Shown here: in pieces, positions 61,385 to 64,000 of the stretch
Position numbering within the stretch: the first letter of the stretch is position 1
Layout of the letters: the number at the start of each line of letters is the position of its first letter
Assembly: GCA_002328165.1 (NCBI GenBank)
Contig: DCWS01000052.1
Coordinates: 26,677 to 90,676 of the forward strand
Length of the DNA: 64,000 bases
Origin: Desulfobacteraceae bacterium UBA2156
GTDB lineage: Bacteria > Desulfobacterota > Desulfobacteria > Desulfobacterales > UBA2156
Reading direction: 5' to 3'
The notes under the pieces: generated by a model
Seen by the model: the letters and a program-made list of their open reading frames with translations, nothing else
What the model was told of the DNA's origin: nothing
The model's database searches: none
Program-made: the position numbers and the translations under genes

Positions 61385-62734
61385 TTATCGGATTAAATAT
61401 TCCCACAGCGGACCAATATGCCCTCGTCGATACAATTTAGCGGTGATATTGGTTGTTTCTGTTCCTCCTGATCCAATAACCCAGTTGGGTCTATTTTTGG
61501 CCTCATTTTTCACACGCCGAATGATTTCATCGGTGTCAATGGATGGCGTATGATAAAACACCGGTTCCAAAACGCTCTGGGTTTTTAATATTTGCCCTTC
61601 CTTGACCGACATTTCATAGAGCTTTGTATGCGGGTAGATACGCATACCACAGAAAAAAAATAAAACAGATTTTTTAAGTTTATCAACATTTGAGAGTGTT
61701 TCGTTTAGGGTCTCTGAATTCTCACCCGGACCCCCTATCAAAAAGTAATGTGCTACGTTCAATCCCGCATCAATTGCATGCTGATGCGTATCAACAATGT
61801 GTTGAACCTGAAACGGTTTGCAATAGGATGACAATACACGATTTGACAGGGACTCGGTGCCGAGTTCGACATGGGTCAACCCTGCATCACACATAATCTG
61901 AAAATAATCGGCAGGGGACTCGATCGGCGCAAAAAAAGCACCCCACGGTATGGAAACTCCGGCTTTTTTAAATGCCTGGGCGATCGCTATGTTATGGGAA
62001 TAGTTTGAATTAAACACCGAATCTGTAATAAAAAAGTATTTTGCTCCGGCTGACTGAAGCCGGAGGGCTGTATTCGCAACATCGGTCGGGTCAATGAAAC
62101 GCTGTCTGTGACCTTCGATATATGGATAAATGCAGTATATGCAATTATATTTACACCCTCGCTTTGTTTGCAGGTTCAACATCCCCCCTTTTTTCAAATA
62201 GAATCCGAAGTGGGAATGATTTATATGAAATTGCTGGGAAAACTTTTTGTCCCAGGGTGGGGGAATCGGTTTGCGGATATGGGGGGTGACAACGCCGGGA
62301 ATTGTCGCAACATCTTTATTGTTTTCAATGGCGTCCAGCAGCAACGCCAGTCGTTCACCCTCGCCGATAATTCCGTAATCGGCATTAAGGCTATCTAAAA
62401 TCTCTTCGGGAAATATGGTAAATCCGCTTCCACCCAAAACAATCAATGCATTGGAATAACCTCTGATTTTTTGAATAAGTTTACGATAAGTTTCGATAAA
62501 CCCTGTCGGGTCAACGGCGTCGGTGTTGTCAATATTCCGCAGGGATATACCGAGTATATCCGGTGAAAACCCCCTTATTATTTCTCCCAGGTGTTCATCA
62601 TCCCGGAGACTGTTCATATCTGCAAGTTTAACCTGATGTTTATCTTCAACGGCCCTGGCTACATAATCCAATCCCAGCGGATAAACCGGATAGGGCGCGG
62701 TGAGGGTATTAGCAGAAATAAGCAGTATTTTCAT
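61385..62734 (-). CDS. lipid-biosynthesis B12-binding radical SAM protein (ladderane-island type)
   Basis: MKILLISAN...PYPVYPLGL, GISLRNIDN, LGGSGF, KRGCKYNCIYC and TDSVFN; matches my recollection of TIGR04072. Confidence 0.85.
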   Translation of the reverse strand: MKILLISANTLTAPYPVYPLGLDYVARAVEDKHQVKLADMNSLRDDEHLGEIIRGFSPDILGISLRNIDNTDAVDPTGFIETYRKLIQKIRGYSNALIVLGGSGFTIFPEEILDSLNADYGIIGEGERLALLLDAIENNKDVATIPGVVTPHIRKPIPPPWDKKFSQQFHINHSHFGFYLKKGGMLNLQTKRGCKYNCIYCIYPYIEGHRQRFIDPTDVANTALRLQSAGAKYFFITDSVFNSNYSHNIAIAQAFKKAGVSIPWGAFFAPIESPADYFQIMCDAGLTHVELGTESLSNRVLSSYCKPFQVQHIVDTHQHAIDAGLNVAHYFLIGGPGENSETLNETLSNVDKLKKSVLFFFCGMRIYPHTKLYEMSVKEGQILKTQSVLEPVFYHTPSIDTDEIIRRVKNEAKNRPNWVIGSGGTETTNITAKLYRRGHIGPLWEYLIR

Positions 62735-64000
62735 CGCCTCAGCACTTCCATAGCCGTTATAAATTTGCCCAGCCCGAGAACCAAAGCTCCTTTTCCGTTC
62801 AGTCGGAAGCTGCGGTTATTACAGAACCGTGGAGGGATTTTCCTGTCTTCGATAAATTTTGTGGCTATCACTGCGGCCACTGCGGAAGCGGATGCAAATT
62901 CACCGATTAATTTTCGATAGTCAATCAACGGATCTTTAAAGCCTGATAATGAAAGAAATGTCCGAAGTTGTTTTTCTCCTTCCCAGCGGTCCCCCCCGGG
63001 GATTCCCACCATTAGAATGCCATAGGAAGTTTTTATTTTTCGGGGCCCTCCCAGTTGCCCGATTAGTGATGAGATCACCCCGGGATTGTTTTCGGTATTT
63101 TCGTAAAATGCAAGGTTGAGGTATAATTCAGACAGGTCGTGTGCCCCAATTAAACAAAATGATCCCCCGCCATCCGAAGGGATATCGTCTGCCACAACCG
63201 ATTTGTCAAATAGGTGTGACACCACCGGATGGGATTCATCCACCCCCATGACAAAAAAGCTTTCACCGATATCTCTTGAAAGAAGATGGGCTGACAATAA
63301 TGCCTGTTCAAATGAATAATCTCCGCCACTGGTCGTGATATTAGGGCCTGTTGATCGAAACTTCAGGGCAATCTGGCCGCTGGGTGCATTGTGGACCGAA
63401 GCGACAAAATCGGTCGGGCTCGGAAACCGTTCATCGGTTTCAAAAAGACCGGTCAAAAAATCATAGGTTTCCGATATTGCCCCCCAACCGGTTCCCAAAA
63501 AAACCGATGAAGGCTTCTCTTCCCTGTTTGCATTCTCATAGGCTGCAAGCGCCAGGGACAATGCCATTCGGGGTAGACGTTTAAGCCGCCGGACAGTCCG
63601 GGGAGAAAGATTTTTTGATATTGCCTGAACTGAAAGCATGCCTTTGCAGGCCGCTCCCTTTGAAAGATTTGCCATCGTCGCTTCCGTTGTTCCGGCCCCG
63701 GTCGTACAGGCACAACCGAGGATGGCCAGGGGTTTAATTTTTGCTGAAGATATGGAACAATCAGCTTTATCAGGAGCGCCGATGATGACTGAAGCGTTAT
63801 TTCCTCCAAAACCAAATGAGTTTGATAAAACGCAATCAACCGGCACGCTGGCGGGTTGCCTTACTGGTTCCAATTTTAGATCGGGGTCTGGGAAACGGCA
63901 CCCTGTATTTGCAGGAACCAGATGGCTGGAAACACAGATAGCTGAAACCACAGCTTCAATGGCGCCGGAAGCTGCAAGCGAATGTCCAAAAGCGCCCTTG
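62731..64000 (-). CDS. ketosynthase fused to a CLF-like domain (5' end outside the window)
   Basis: The frame continues to the edge (KGAFGHSLAASGAIEAV), then SNSFGFGGNNA, then a second inactive KS-like domain (RRLKRL, SPTDFVASVHNA). Confidence 0.85.
   Translation of the reverse strand, partial: KGAFGHSLAASGAIEAVVSAICVSSHLVPANTGCRFPDPDLKLEPVRQPASVPVDCVLSNSFGFGGNNASVIIGAPDKADCSISSAKIKPLAILGCACTTGAGTTEATMANLSKGAACKGMLSVQAISKNLSPRTVRRLKRLPRMALSLALAAYENANREEKPSSVFLGTGWGAISETYDFLTGLFETDERFPSPTDFVASVHNAPSGQIALKFRSTGPNITTSGGDYSFEQALLSAHLLSRDIGESFFVMGVDESHPVVSHLFDKSVVADDIPSDGGGSFCLIGAHDLSELYLNLAFYENTENNPGVISSLIGQLGGPRKIKTSYGILMVGIPGGDRWEGEKQLRTFLSLSGFKDPLIDYRKLIGEFASASAVAAVIATKFIEDRKIPPRFCNNRSFRLNGKGALVLGLGKFITAMEVLRR

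Noticed and set aside
42319-64000. Calling the cluster a true ladderane or aryl-polyene pathway
   Set aside because: Ladderane biosynthesis is unresolved and similar genes occur in non-producers. No aryl starter ligase or ketoreductase is visible, and the cluster is cut by the window edge.

Overview
Bacterial DNA of moderate GC. Gene content and order suggest a sulfate-reducing Desulfobacterota, probably Desulfobacterales (inferred, no database search). There are three parts. (1) 1-18.6 kb is mostly core genome: metG (partial), PSP1/RicT, holB, IHF/HU, a NusG/UpxY paralog, a heptose module (gmhA, epimerase, HddA-like kinase), lptD, surE, tmk, ferredoxin, thiL, plsC, rnj and ftsK. (2) About 18.8-40.7 kb is a decaying accessory patchwork. 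It holds a WYL pseudogene next to a Cas4/AddB-like nuclease, an intact pyrrolysine-free MtmB-family methyltransferase with its corrinoid protein, an M1-peptidase/ChaN/PDZ fusion, an internally deleted IS91 carrying an in-frame 27-bp palindrome, a TraB gene broken at a poly-A run, relics of an anaerobic nicotinate pathway, and a high-GC branched-chain amino acid ABC transporter. (3) From about 42.3 kb to beyond the right edge lies a large type II FAS/PKS lipid cluster. It has four active-looking ketosynthases, CLF-like domains, an ACP, two dehydratase types, a DH-PPTase fusion, a thioesterase, PlsY, an MMPL-methyltransferase fusion, a polysaccharide deacetylase, a PagL-like hydrolase and five radical SAM enzymes (three B12-binding, two tandem Cys-rich paralogs). 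This ladderane/aryl-polyene-like, radical-SAM-rich cluster is the best candidate for an undescribed system, and the non-Pyl MtmB pair is second. All family calls come from motif recognition and recall and should be confirmed by HMM search.
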